Origin: an uncultured Planctomycetia bacterium
Lineage (GTDB): Bacteria; Omnitrophota; Gorgyraeia; Duberdicusellales; 4484-171
Length of the DNA stretch: 64,000 bases
Direction: 5' to 3'
Assembly (NCBI GenBank): GCA_964489445.1
Contig: CAZAYU010000003.1
Span: 134,715 to 198,714 of the forward strand
This document shows positions 50,501 through 62,500 of the stretch, one piece after another. Below the pieces are notes generated by a model. It was not told the origin of the DNA. It ran no database searches and worked only from the letters and a program-made list of their open reading frames with translations. Numbering within the stretch: position 1 is the stretch's first letter; every line of letters begins with the position of its first letter. The translations under genes were made by a program, and so were the position numbers.

Positions 50501-53500
50501 GATTCGAATAATAAAGGATCAATAATTAATATGAGCGCCCTAATTGAAGATGCTGTTGATGAAGCTATTGGTGATAAAAAAGTAGAAATTGAAAAGCATG
50601 AAGAAGCAGTAATCACAGTTAGAACTACAATTACCTCAACCACAGTTACTCCGGTGTCGGGAGAAGGATATGTTGAAAGGGCAAAAGGATTTATTTCCAG
50701 TCTTTTTTCTGGGAGCAATGAATCTCAACCACAAGCAATAAAAAAGAAATACGAAAGTATACATGATGCGGTTGATAGAGTGATGAAAGAAGGGGATACG
50801 GCAGGATTATCTAAAGAACCACTAGCTTTAGTTGCAATTGAAAAACCAAAATCAGCATCACTGGGTGCAAAAACTGAGACATATCCGGCGGAAAAAAATA
50901 CAGGTTTCTCTTTAGTCTCTACAGTAGATGCTTCTATTCCTCCTTCTGCAGTTACAGGAGAAGATAGAGTAAGCAATAATGGCCAAACAAGGCGCATAGA
51001 TCAGGATAGGTGGGAAAATAGTGGTACAGTAGAAATTAAAAAGCGCGAAGTAATAATACAATCAAATAATAAGAGTACACCGGCAACGGATTCTTCTCCG
51101 AGAGAATCCACATTTAACTTCAGTGCAGAACTTGATGAGGCCATTAAAAATATTCCGAATCGTAGTAGTAATTCTTTTGGACAATATAAAAGTACCGAAC
51201 CGGTAGTTGGAAAAAATAATGATGAGAAAGTTAATCAGGTAGTGGGAGAAAGCATTGAAAAAACTGGCATTAAGTCTGCGCCTCTGTCGCATATTGAAAT
51301 TGACCACGGAGCAGTACGAACTCTGGAAGGAGTAAGCGGCAGTTATGAATTAGGCGGCGTAAAAGAAGGAAGTCTGTCGAGTTTTGTTTTATTTGTGAAT
51401 AACGGCGAATTAGCCGGAGCCGAATGGGCATATAAAATTTTTCCCACACTTCAAGGCGTAAATTTTAATCTTCCCGGACAAGAAAAGATAGCCGCTAATT
51501 CTAATAGCAAGCCAAAGTTTTATAATTCAGGCCAATCAGTAAATATGCAAACCGCTAACGTTCAAGGTGTGAGAATATTTAACAATGTCTATGCTAATAC
51601 TGGTGCCTTAGAAGACGGAAAATATAACCTTAAAAAAGCGTTTAAATTGGTGGTTTTGCCGAAAGAAAGAGTCGAAGTTGGTTTGAGCATACAGCACTTA
51701 CCGGAAGTGTTAAAAGCATTTGCCGCAGGCCAGATTAACTCTTCGCCTAGAATAAATAACAATGTTGTTGTTACTTATCATGTTAATTCTGCCGGCAAAC
51801 AGGGAGAAGTTAATTACGGAAAAGTTTTAGGAAAGGTTAAAGATAATCAATTTACTATTTACGGAAATGTGGGGGATTTGTTATCCGGAACCGAACAGAC
51901 TTTAGATGATCTTCTTAAGCGCAGTGGAATTAATGGCTTAGATAGTTCTTCTCAGACAGCTTTAAAGGGAAAGGATATTGAATATGAAGTAATCAATCAG
52001 GCTCCGTATGAGCTGGAATCAATTACAGCCGGAGGCAGGAAAATTTCTCGCAAAACAGATAAGGAATTTTTTGAAGAAACAATTTCCCGGAAGTTAGGCG
52101 CTGGAGAAAGAGTGGGAAATGTTCTTATTGATGGATTAGTTCAAGGCATTCTCGGCGGTATGGTAGGATTATTGTTGTCTCCGCTAGCTGATTCTACTAA
52201 TCGGGTAGTCTATAGACCATCTCTTCTGGGTGATGAAGCTTGGGGAACTACAAAACGGACCTGGTCCTGGATTAATAAACAACTTGATTTTGGGTTAATG
52301 GGAATTACTGGAAAGGAAGATTTAGGTAAATTAGCGGAAATGGGATTTACGCCAAAACGGATTGAATTGGGTAAGAATTCGGTTCCGGACGAAGAACAGA
52401 AAAAATTTGTCAATAACTACCATATCAAAGGAATAGCCGCAGAAACCTTAAGCGGCGGAGTTATTGAGGTGATGTCTGAAGTAAAGACTCCCGCCGAACA
52501 AAGTAATATCTCTTCGCGAGTAGAAAAAGAAGGTGGAAAAGAGAAGGCTTCTTCTAATAGGCAAATAAAAACAACCACAGCAAACACAAACAATAAAGAA
52601 ACAACAATCACTCATTTTATTGATAACAGTTGGCATTTAGGCAGAGGCGAATATTCTTTTAATATTGAAGAAAACCAAAGCGGTGGATTTGATATTGGCA
52701 GTTTAAACTGGGAAAGTTTAGGAGAAATAAAAGTTAAGGCATTTGGCGGTCATCCATTTTCTGAGCTTTCCGGATATTCTCCGAAAACGGAAGTTTTGGC
52801 TATTCCTACGCTCGGTGGATTTAAAAATTATATTGGTGAAAAAACTTCGGTTTCTCTGAGTTTTAAAGGCAGCATTGCTTTAATCAGTGGCGTTGAAGGT
52901 TATCGACAGTTTCAGGCAATTACTACCCGAGGAGAAAACCAAGGTTGGGATGCTTTGGTTTCTTCCAATGGTCAATGTGCCTTGTTGAATAAGGGAAAGA
53001 TAGAAGCTTACGTGCCGGATATTGAACAGGTGGGAACAGTGGTAGTTGTTGGTAAAGGCAAAAGGTTCAAGATTACCGATACAAGCGGACTCTTCGGCCG
53101 TTTGGATAACACTTTAGGGGTAGTAGGTAATTCTGTCTGGGGGTTTTTAAGATTGCCTATGGATGTAGGTAGTGATTTATTATACTCTCCTTTTCGTTTG
53201 CTGGGATTAGCTAAAGGTGAAGCATTTGAATTTACTAAAAATGGTGCATTAGCCTCTTCTGAAACAGCGTCTAAACAATTTATTTCTATTTTTACTGGAA
53301 AAGGACTTGAGAAGATAAAAGCAGGTAAAGATAATTCCAGCAAGAGCAGAGAATTTAATATTGTTAAAAAAGACGGGGCCTATCTTATTGCCCGTAAAAT
53401 TTCGGAAAATGAGGCAATAACGTTTGTTGTTTCTCCCACCAAAGATTTAGAGGTGTATACTATAAATAAAAATAGAACTTTAGGTGAAAAAACCTTAGAT

Positions 53501-56500
53501 ATGACTAATCCGGAAGAAGTACAGGATTATTTTAAGAACTATATGGGGGATAAATATATCGAGGGAATGGGACAGCGTACTGAAAAAAACGCCGAAACTC
53601 CGACCATTGCTAAGGCGCAAAAGCAAGCGCGTGAGCATGTAATTTATATCACAGAAAACGGGGTCATTAAAGAGAAGACTACTCTTTTAAATTATTTAGA
53701 AAAGAATACAGGGCAACCTTTTGAGCAGTCGCTTGCGGGGATAGGAAAGCTATTGTCTACAAGGCTGACCGGAAAAAAAGTTGAGTTTTCCGATCCGGCG
53801 GTTAAGGCGTTAATTGGATACGCGATTCTTGGTAAACTGGTTATCAACCCCAGTTTAACGGCGATTCCTTGGGTAAAGATAAACCAGGGGCTGATAACGA
53901 TTAATGCTGATTGTGCCGGTTCGGCATTTCTCTTTGAACAAGGGATAGTTAAATTAATTCCGGAAGCTGTGAAGCAGACAGTGGGAAATTATTTGGATGT
54001 GGTTACAGTTCCCGGGCATGTATTTTCCGGATTTTATCTTGACCCGGCATTGAAAGGATCTAAAGGGTATGCCGATTTTAATAAAGAAGAAAAGAAGCAG
54101 ATCATTACTTTTGAATTAGCCCGCCGGGATTTGCCCTTGGTTTCTAATATGGCTTCTTTAGAGGCCAATGAAGTTTATGACGCAAAAAAAATAACTTTAG
54201 GTTTTCATCCGGCGTTTTCCAGCCGTAAAGGCGGAAAAGGCGCAGGCGAGGAAAATTTACTTTCTCCTTCGGCAGATACCAATGGTTTATTTCCCGCGAT
54301 AAGAGTTTTATATAATAATTTAGCCATTGAATCCGGGCGGCTGGGAAATCAAGCGGCAGCTCGTCAATATTTATATCTTTCCGGATTAAATGTTAATGAA
54401 AACGACAATATTGTCCTTACCGCTAACGGTTTAGCGTTGAATAGAGGCGGGGATAGTGTTTATCTTCCGGCATTAGGCGGACCGGAAGGCGGGCAGATAA
54501 GAGTCGCCTTAGGTAAAGACGGCAAACCGGAATATTATTATCAAAAGGGTATTGAAGGACTAAATGTTTTTAGCGGTGAAAGCGTGGTGTTTACCGATAA
54601 TAACGGGATGGTAAGGAAACATTCAGTAGTATCTAATCTTGCTTTTCCCGGTGAGTTCGGTAAAAAATATGGTGAATTTTATAAAATAATCAGTTTTGAC
54701 GGAAAGGAATCAAGCTATATTCAGAAGAAAGAGGGAGAGTCTCTGCAGCTTAATGATGAGATGCTTGGCACAATTATTAAAGAAATTAATAAAACGCACA
54801 CAATTGTTGTTAATCCGGAAGTCGGTTTAACAGCTGGACTGAACAATTCGGATAAGTTGTTAACATCAATAGTCGTTCCTAACGAAATTCTGAACGAAAA
54901 GGTAAAAGGAAAAGCAAGAAATCAAACCGGACGGGAAATAATGGATGATTTAAGTGTCGGCCAAAGTTCCGGAGACAGCGGAATGTCTTTCATTGGTAAA
55001 TATTGGGAAAAAACCAAAAATGGAGCGCATGAAATTTGCAATAGGATAGGCGAAACTTCTCTGTATCGTATGTATTTCGGAGAAAGTAACGAGGAAGAAG
55101 CTTCTAGACTTGTAGATTCAGGAGAAGCGATTAACACATATACCGGAAATAGATGGATTGATAACATATTTGATTATAATGGTAATAATATTTATATAAT
55201 TAAAGATGGCAAAATGGCTGTTATTGATGGGATGAACGCTTTAATGCTCGGGGCGTTATTGGAAAAAAATAATCCGCAGGAATATGGCATAGTAAATGCT
55301 GCACTTATTCGCCGTGACGGAATGACGAACTTAGAAATTGGTACAGACATCGTACTTTTAGCTTTGACTGCTATTCCGTTAGCAAGAATTGGGATTGCTG
55401 GAATTAAAGCCGGAGGCGGCGCTTTGCTGAAAGTTGGATTTTCTAAAGTAGGGTTTGGCAGTGTTGAAAAAGGATTCTTGGAGAGCAGACTAGTTGGAGT
55501 AATTGAAAATACTGTTAGCAAGAAAATTACTAACTTATTATCAGAAGTATCTAAAGGTATGACTAGTGTTTCTTTGGATGGTGGTAAACGGAAATTAGCC
55601 GAGACAGTTGCGGCTAATTTGCCTGGGGGAGTTTCACCAGCTCGAATGATTTCTCGGAATACTTTAGCCGCCATGGGCCGTTCAAGTTTAGAACATATTG
55701 TTGCTCCGGCGCTTAGCGCTAATGTTAATTTAATCGGAATCAACATGATGATGAACGTTGCTAACGGGAATGATTTTTTTCAGGGAATCACTCTCCATTC
55801 AACGATGAGGACTGCATTAGTCGGTATTGGATTTGCCGGTTTAATTCCTTCCCGCAACCCGGCTTTAGGGATTCGTTCTTTCCAAGGATACGCTAAAGAA
55901 GTGATGATGCGCCAGTTTATACGTGTTGGAAGCAAAAAATTTAGTTTCAAGGGGTATAATGGCGGAATTCAGGGGATTGGCTGGGCAGGCCAGGGTGTTT
56001 TACGAGGCGCAGAGCAGGTTTTTGGAATTTCATCCGATATCCGCGAGCAATTTTGGACACCACTACATATTGCAGCTACTCTCTGGGCGCTTTCTCCCAC
56101 AGCGGCCAAAGATAGCATGACTGCTAAAGGATTTTTAAAAGATCATATCTGGGATTCAATGAAGAGTAGGAAAGCTTATTATTTTGCCGGAGTTCCGGCC
56201 GGATATTTAGGTTTAAAGTATATTCAGAGTAAAGATTATGATTTAGGGATGATTAATTTTATTAAAAATGACTGGATGCCGGAGCTTGCTTTAATGTTTG
56301 CTGGTTTGGGGGGCCTTAAGCACATTGGAAGTTTAAAGGACGGAGCAAGATCTGCCGGTAAAAAAGCATTAGAAACTTTACGTAATCCTCAGGCGGCGGT
56401 TGCCAGAGGTGTAGCGCAGGTTAAAAATTTTCGCAATAGCTTTAGCTATAGTTTTTTTGCGCGCAAGCAGCTTTTGCAAATGGGTAGTGTAGCTCAAGTT

Positions 56501-59500
56501 TTAACAGTATTTAACGGAACCGCTAAAGCTGCCGGCTTAGTGGTTGAAGGGGTAATGAGAACATTCGGAGATTGGGGTGAGGATAATCCGTTATCCGGAA
56601 GAAACGCGAATACTGCGTTGGGCAATATTTTTGGAAGAAGAACAGGTCAGAAAGCTTGGGCGGTAATTCCGCAAAGTATGGCTGAAGGTGCGGTAATGGG
56701 TGCCGGATTCGGCGCTTTAATGGCAGTGGCCCGGCCGGTTTTAGAGCCGGTGATGCATCGGCTACCGGTAATTAGCCGGGCAATGCGGTATTGGGATAGA
56801 AATTATGGCAATACTTTAGTGGGGACTCAAGAATTTAAATGGTTTGGAAGAATGTTTAAAAACCGGTTTATGGCTCGTTTTCAATCATTTTTTGTGGAAG
56901 AACATCTAAAAGAAGAACTAGTAGCCAGCACTCTTTTGCGGAGTGTAAGATTTGGCGGAAATTCTTTAGAGGGCCACGCTTTGAATGAGTTTTTCCAAGA
57001 AACGATTACCGACTTTACCGGAAGATTTACAATTACTCATCTTAGCCGTCAACTTAGTTTTGCGATTGGAGAAAAAGGCGGAAAAGTTATTGGCATTGAG
57101 TCTGAAGCCTGGAGTAAAGACGCCCCGATGTCTAAAACTCAACTTGCAGATGCAATTAATGCCAGCTATGGTCGGGTTAAGCAGCACCAAATTCCGAATA
57201 TTTCTACCGACAAAAAATTACCGGATAATCTTAAATTGGTTATAGAATTTAAAGATGGCAGCCGGCAGAATATCGAAGTGGAAAATAGCCGGGATGTGGG
57301 GGAAGCGCTAAACACCCAACATTTTAAACAGCAATATAGAGGTGAAAGTGTAGATTTTCTTAAAAAAGAGATTGAAACCGGAATAGGAGACCGTTATTCA
57401 TCAAAAGCTCATGCTGCACGGGAAGTTTTGTTGGAGCAAATTGCTGAGAATGACGAAGACCATATTGTAAGACTAGCTAATGGCGAAAATATTACTTTCC
57501 AAACGCAAACAATAGACCCGGTTCTGTTTGATATCGGCAATGCTTTAAGTCTTGTTTTGGCGAAGAATACAAGCGCTTTGCAAAAATTAGAAGCTTTGCA
57601 GAAAAACAGTCTTTCTCCTTGGGCATTTAAGGATTTTGGTTTTTCCGGCTCTAAAGCTAGAGCTGATCAACATCTTCTTTTTAAACGCTTTACTGCACAG
57701 GCTCTTTATACCCAGAGCATTCTTGCTGAAGCTAACGCTTTACGTAATCCTACTCGTTCTAATGAGGAGCTTTATCAAGCATTATTTTCGCAACACCGGC
57801 AGGCTAAAGACGAAAAAGAATATTATGCAACTTATTATAAGACTTTAGAGAAAGAGGGTAAAGATTATTGGCGGGGTAATGCGTTTACCCGCTTAGGGTT
57901 GCTTGGTGTCGGCTTAAAAGGATATAAAGATGAGTATAATTATATTCATGTAATCCAGCCTGAAAAAATCAAACAAGCTAACGAAGCGCTTCTTTCCGAT
58001 GTTAGTTTGTATGCTAAAAAAGAAATCGAGCTTAAAAGGCAACTCCGGTCTTTAGATAATCAAAATAAATTAAATAAGGAACAACGTAAAGAAAAAATAG
58101 AAATAGAGCGGAAAATTAAAGCTTTGGAATGGATACAAATAGATTTTAATCTTGATTCAAGCCTTACCGGAGAAATGGAAGTATCCAGACAAGCGGTTAT
58201 GAAAGAAATAAAAGATGAAAAAACCCGGCTTTCTGAAACATTTCAAGTATTTACTTCTACCGGACGCGTGCGCGATTTTGTAAAACAAGGATTTAAAGAA
58301 TTTAAGCGAAACGAAGGTGGCCCGCTTAAAGTAATTAAAGCGTTCAGAGTCGCTTATAACAATTACTATAAAGCTCTTGATCCGCTTAAGGTTGTTCAAC
58401 AAGCCTATAGCCGCAGCAAAAAGCATCAATTTTTGTTTAGCGGCAGAGATAGTGAATTCTTGAATCAGGAATTAGATGGATTTTTGGGTAATGAAGCTTT
58501 AGGCTTATTGAGAAACGTGAATACTCAAGAGGATTTAAGCCTTAATGATATTTATCAACCGAAATTATTTGGCGAGTTTGATCTTTTTTACAACCGGTTA
58601 ATTAATCAGCTCACGGATAAAATCTCTGATTATGAAAAGGAAATAGCGGATAATTCTAGCGATTATCAACTTCTTGCTCGGCGAGATAAGCTTGAAGATA
58701 TAAAAACTCGTCTGGATAAAATTGATACTAAACATATTGCTTCGGTTTATGATTTTGCCGCTGTTTTGGATGATGCGCTTATGCCGGTTACCGATAAGGA
58801 TATTCGTACTCATGCTAAGGCGCTTAGAATGGTTGCTCAGGAAAGGGACAACAGAATTAACGATAGAGAGTGGTTAGATAGCCGTCTTAAAGAAGAAATA
58901 CAGACGGTTAATGAGCTAAGAAAGGGTATCGAGAAATTAACGGCGAAAGAGATTAAAGCCCAAAATAAGTTAAGCTCTGGTTCAGAATTTAGAGAACTAG
59001 TCATTGAAATGGAAAGCAAAGGAAAGAATGCAGATGAGAAAGAAGCAATGGAGATAAATATAAATTCAATGAGCAGTGAGAAGTTTTTTGAATTAGCTAA
59101 AAAAATGTATCTCGAAAACGATGCTTCTGAAATAGCCAAAGCTAATGCAAAATTATGGGAGAAGAGAGCAAGCAATCTAGTGATATCAATTCGGGAAACT
59201 CATGATGGGTCAGCTAAAATTATCAGAGAGTCAAGCGGCCAGTATACCTTAATAATGCCGCATAGCCGGGTTGAAGAAAATTTAAGATCAAATGGATCAT
59301 CTTCGTTTAGCCTGAACGATACCGGAATATATGAGTTAGAACATGAATTAGGCCATCGCTATCAATATGGATTAGGAGTAACGATGCAGGAAAGCGGTAC
59401 GATGAATAAAACACCGCAAGATGAAGTTTTGGCTTTAACGCGTGATGTGGCTAATTTAAGTAAGAATATCAAAAATAATAGCAATTACCGCAAAACTACT

Positions 59501-62500
59501 TTTGTAAATATGATCGGCGCAATAACCGGGACTAATTATCTTGGTGATCGCCTAATGGAGTTTATTCCTTTAGAAGAACAGGAAAAAATTGCCCAGCGAA
59601 TAGAAAAAGATATCTTAAATATTAAAAAGATTAGATTATCTAATCTTTCTACCTGGAGGGTGCCTTACGTTAAGCTTCCTTGGTTTAAGCAAAGCGCTTT
59701 AGAATGGGGAACTAAATCCGGAATAAGCGGCAGAATAGAGCGCGTTTTGCGCAGCAATGACGGTAAATTACCTTCATTTGCGATGCAGTCATCAGACCCT
59801 CATTCTTTATTTTTACCGGTTCAAAGTAATGAGCAACAGGATTATATTTTAGAGGATGACCGCCGGTTTAAAGAAAAAATGATTGAAGAAATTGTATTTA
59901 TTCGTCCCAAAGAAGATATTAAGAAGATTCTAAAAATGGCTAAAGATAACGGCATTAGGATAAAAACAAAATATTCGCTTAATAAGTATATCCGTAAAGC
60001 TGCTTCATTGGGAATTCTGGGTGGTGAGGCGATTGGTGCTTTTAATAATGAGCGGCTGGAAAATGGAAAAGGAATTGTTTATTTGCCCTGGGGATGGAAA
60101 GATAATCCTTTTGAAAGCCGGGCAATATTGGCCCATGAAGTTGCCGAGCATGCTTTGGGCGATAAGAATTCAGAAAATGTTATGCACGATTTTGTTAATT
60201 TGATTGATGCGGTTGAACAATTAGAAAGGGTAGACAATAAATTAAAAGACACGCTTGAAAAGGCAAGAAATTATCATCGTACAGGTTATGATAATTTAGG
60301 CAAAAATCTTGCTAAGCAGGCTGAGGAAAATGAATTGGCAGATGAACAAGGAAAAATTAGCGGTGAAAATCTGAAAAAATTACGAACATTAATCGATGGA
60401 GTTATTCTCCGTTTAGAAAATGAGAATGTCGATTATTTTCAAAATCCAGAAGCGGCTATTCAAAAGCTGAAAGAACTAAAGGAAAAAGAAAGTGTTAGTT
60501 TGAATGAATTAAAAATCTTACAAATAACAGCATCTGATTATTATGTGGCTACGGAAATTTTTGCACATTACGCTAGTGAACAATATGGATATCAGAGTAA
60601 TAAACGGGTGCGTGCATTTATTGATCGGGTGCAAGGGCATCCCGAAATTCAATCAATGCTGGATGACCGGTTGAGTCGGTTAGATATTTCACCTTCCCGC
60701 AGAATGCACAGCAAGCAAAAAGAAATAGCCCTGATAATTGGATCCGACACCAGTTTAGCCAAGAAAAAAGGTTATGCTTCTTCTTATGCTGGAGACTCAG
60801 GCGGTGAAGCAGATGAAGAAGAGATAGGGCAGCAAGAACTTATTGATGAACTTAGAAGAATGATAGAGGAATCCAAAGTAATACCTGAAGGAAACGAAGC
60901 ATCTGCATCATCAGGTATTAGCAATTCGGAAGCAGAGAATTTACAAGCTTATAAGAAGACTTCTAATTCAGGTAATTTTAATAAAGTACTTCCAGCACAG
61001 AAACAGGATGAACGTTCCTCCAGTTCAATTGATTCCAATAAAGTCGCTATAGAAAAAATGATTAAGAAACAGAATAGCATGCACGACCAGAAGCAAGAGA
61101 TAGATAACTTTCTTTTTGGTTCGCAAGCTGGCTTCAGCGCTAAGGAAGTGAAAACTAATGAAGATAATGCAAATTCGCGTTTATTATCTAAAGGAGCAGA
61201 TTCTCTCTTTGGTTCATTGTCTATCGGTAGTAATGGTACAGAAGCTGGTGATAAAGGGCCAAGCAAGAAAGAGAATGTTTTAAAGGAGGTATTAAGTAAC
61301 TTAGATATTGCTGATGAGTCCAGTGCTGCACCTAACGTTTTAAATAATGGTTCGGATATGAAATTATTAAGAGCCAATGATGTCGTTCGGTTATCGGGAA
61401 AAGGATTTGAATATTTAGTTGAGACAGATAAAACAACTGGGTTTAAACTCCGGTTTAATAGAGGCGAACGTCCGGAAATAGAGAATATTTCTTTTGATGC
61501 TGCAGTCCAGCTTCCATTGAAGATAAAGCAAGGAGAAATGGCTGTATTTAAACTTACTCCGGAAGAAGCCAAATTATTTATGAATGGTAATTTTTATACC
61601 AACGAACTAAGTACTTGCACAGGAGTATCATTAAAAGGAAAATACAACGATTACTCTGTATTAGGAATAGCGCATATTCCTCAAGGGCAAATATCAGATG
61701 ACCCGCTATTACCACAAAAAGTATTCGAGTCAGTTATCGATAAATCCATTGATATCGGATTAACCGATATCAATATAGGAGTCTATTATTTTAGCGGTGG
61801 TGAATCAAAAACGCCGTTTCCTTCTCAGGAAGGATTAAAACAGAAATACTCCGAAGTTAAGGAGATAGAGGTATTTGACGGATATGTTCCGGGTAAAGGC
61901 GGATTAAAGCCAGTTGGAATGTCTTTTTCTGATTCAAACAACAAAGAATTTAAAGCTAGCAATGGAGGAGCAGGTGGCAACAACGGTTCTTCTTCGATAT
62001 CATCTGGCAGAAAAGGTTCGACCGTAGCTTCTAGTTCAATTCCGATTGAAGAAGATTCGGCTCAGAGGCTGCCGTTTGACAACAGCCCGTTTAATTCTAA
62101 TGCAAATGGTCAGATGCCTTGGATACCGGCGTCTAGTTCACCGGTTAATCCAATTGGGGTTAATCCGATGTCATCGGGTTCGTCTTTAATCTTTGGAAAA
62201 GTAATTAAAGGAGTAAGAAATGCCGCAGAAGAGTTTTTCTGTTCTTCTGCCTTGGCAGCTTCACCAATTGAGCAGGCAGCACTAAAGGGCGCTTCATCGA
62301 GTGCTTATAAAGCATCAACCGGTGCTTCCGGTAAAAATGCCGGGCCTAGCAATATGGTCAGCTCTGCCATGTCTTCAGGCAGAATTGACCAGTCGAAAGA
62401 AGACAAAATAGATAAACTGTTTAATAAAATTGCAAGATTTACTGGAAATTTAAGAAATTTTGCAGAAAGTTTCCCCGAGTTCTTTAAGAAATTGAGTGAA

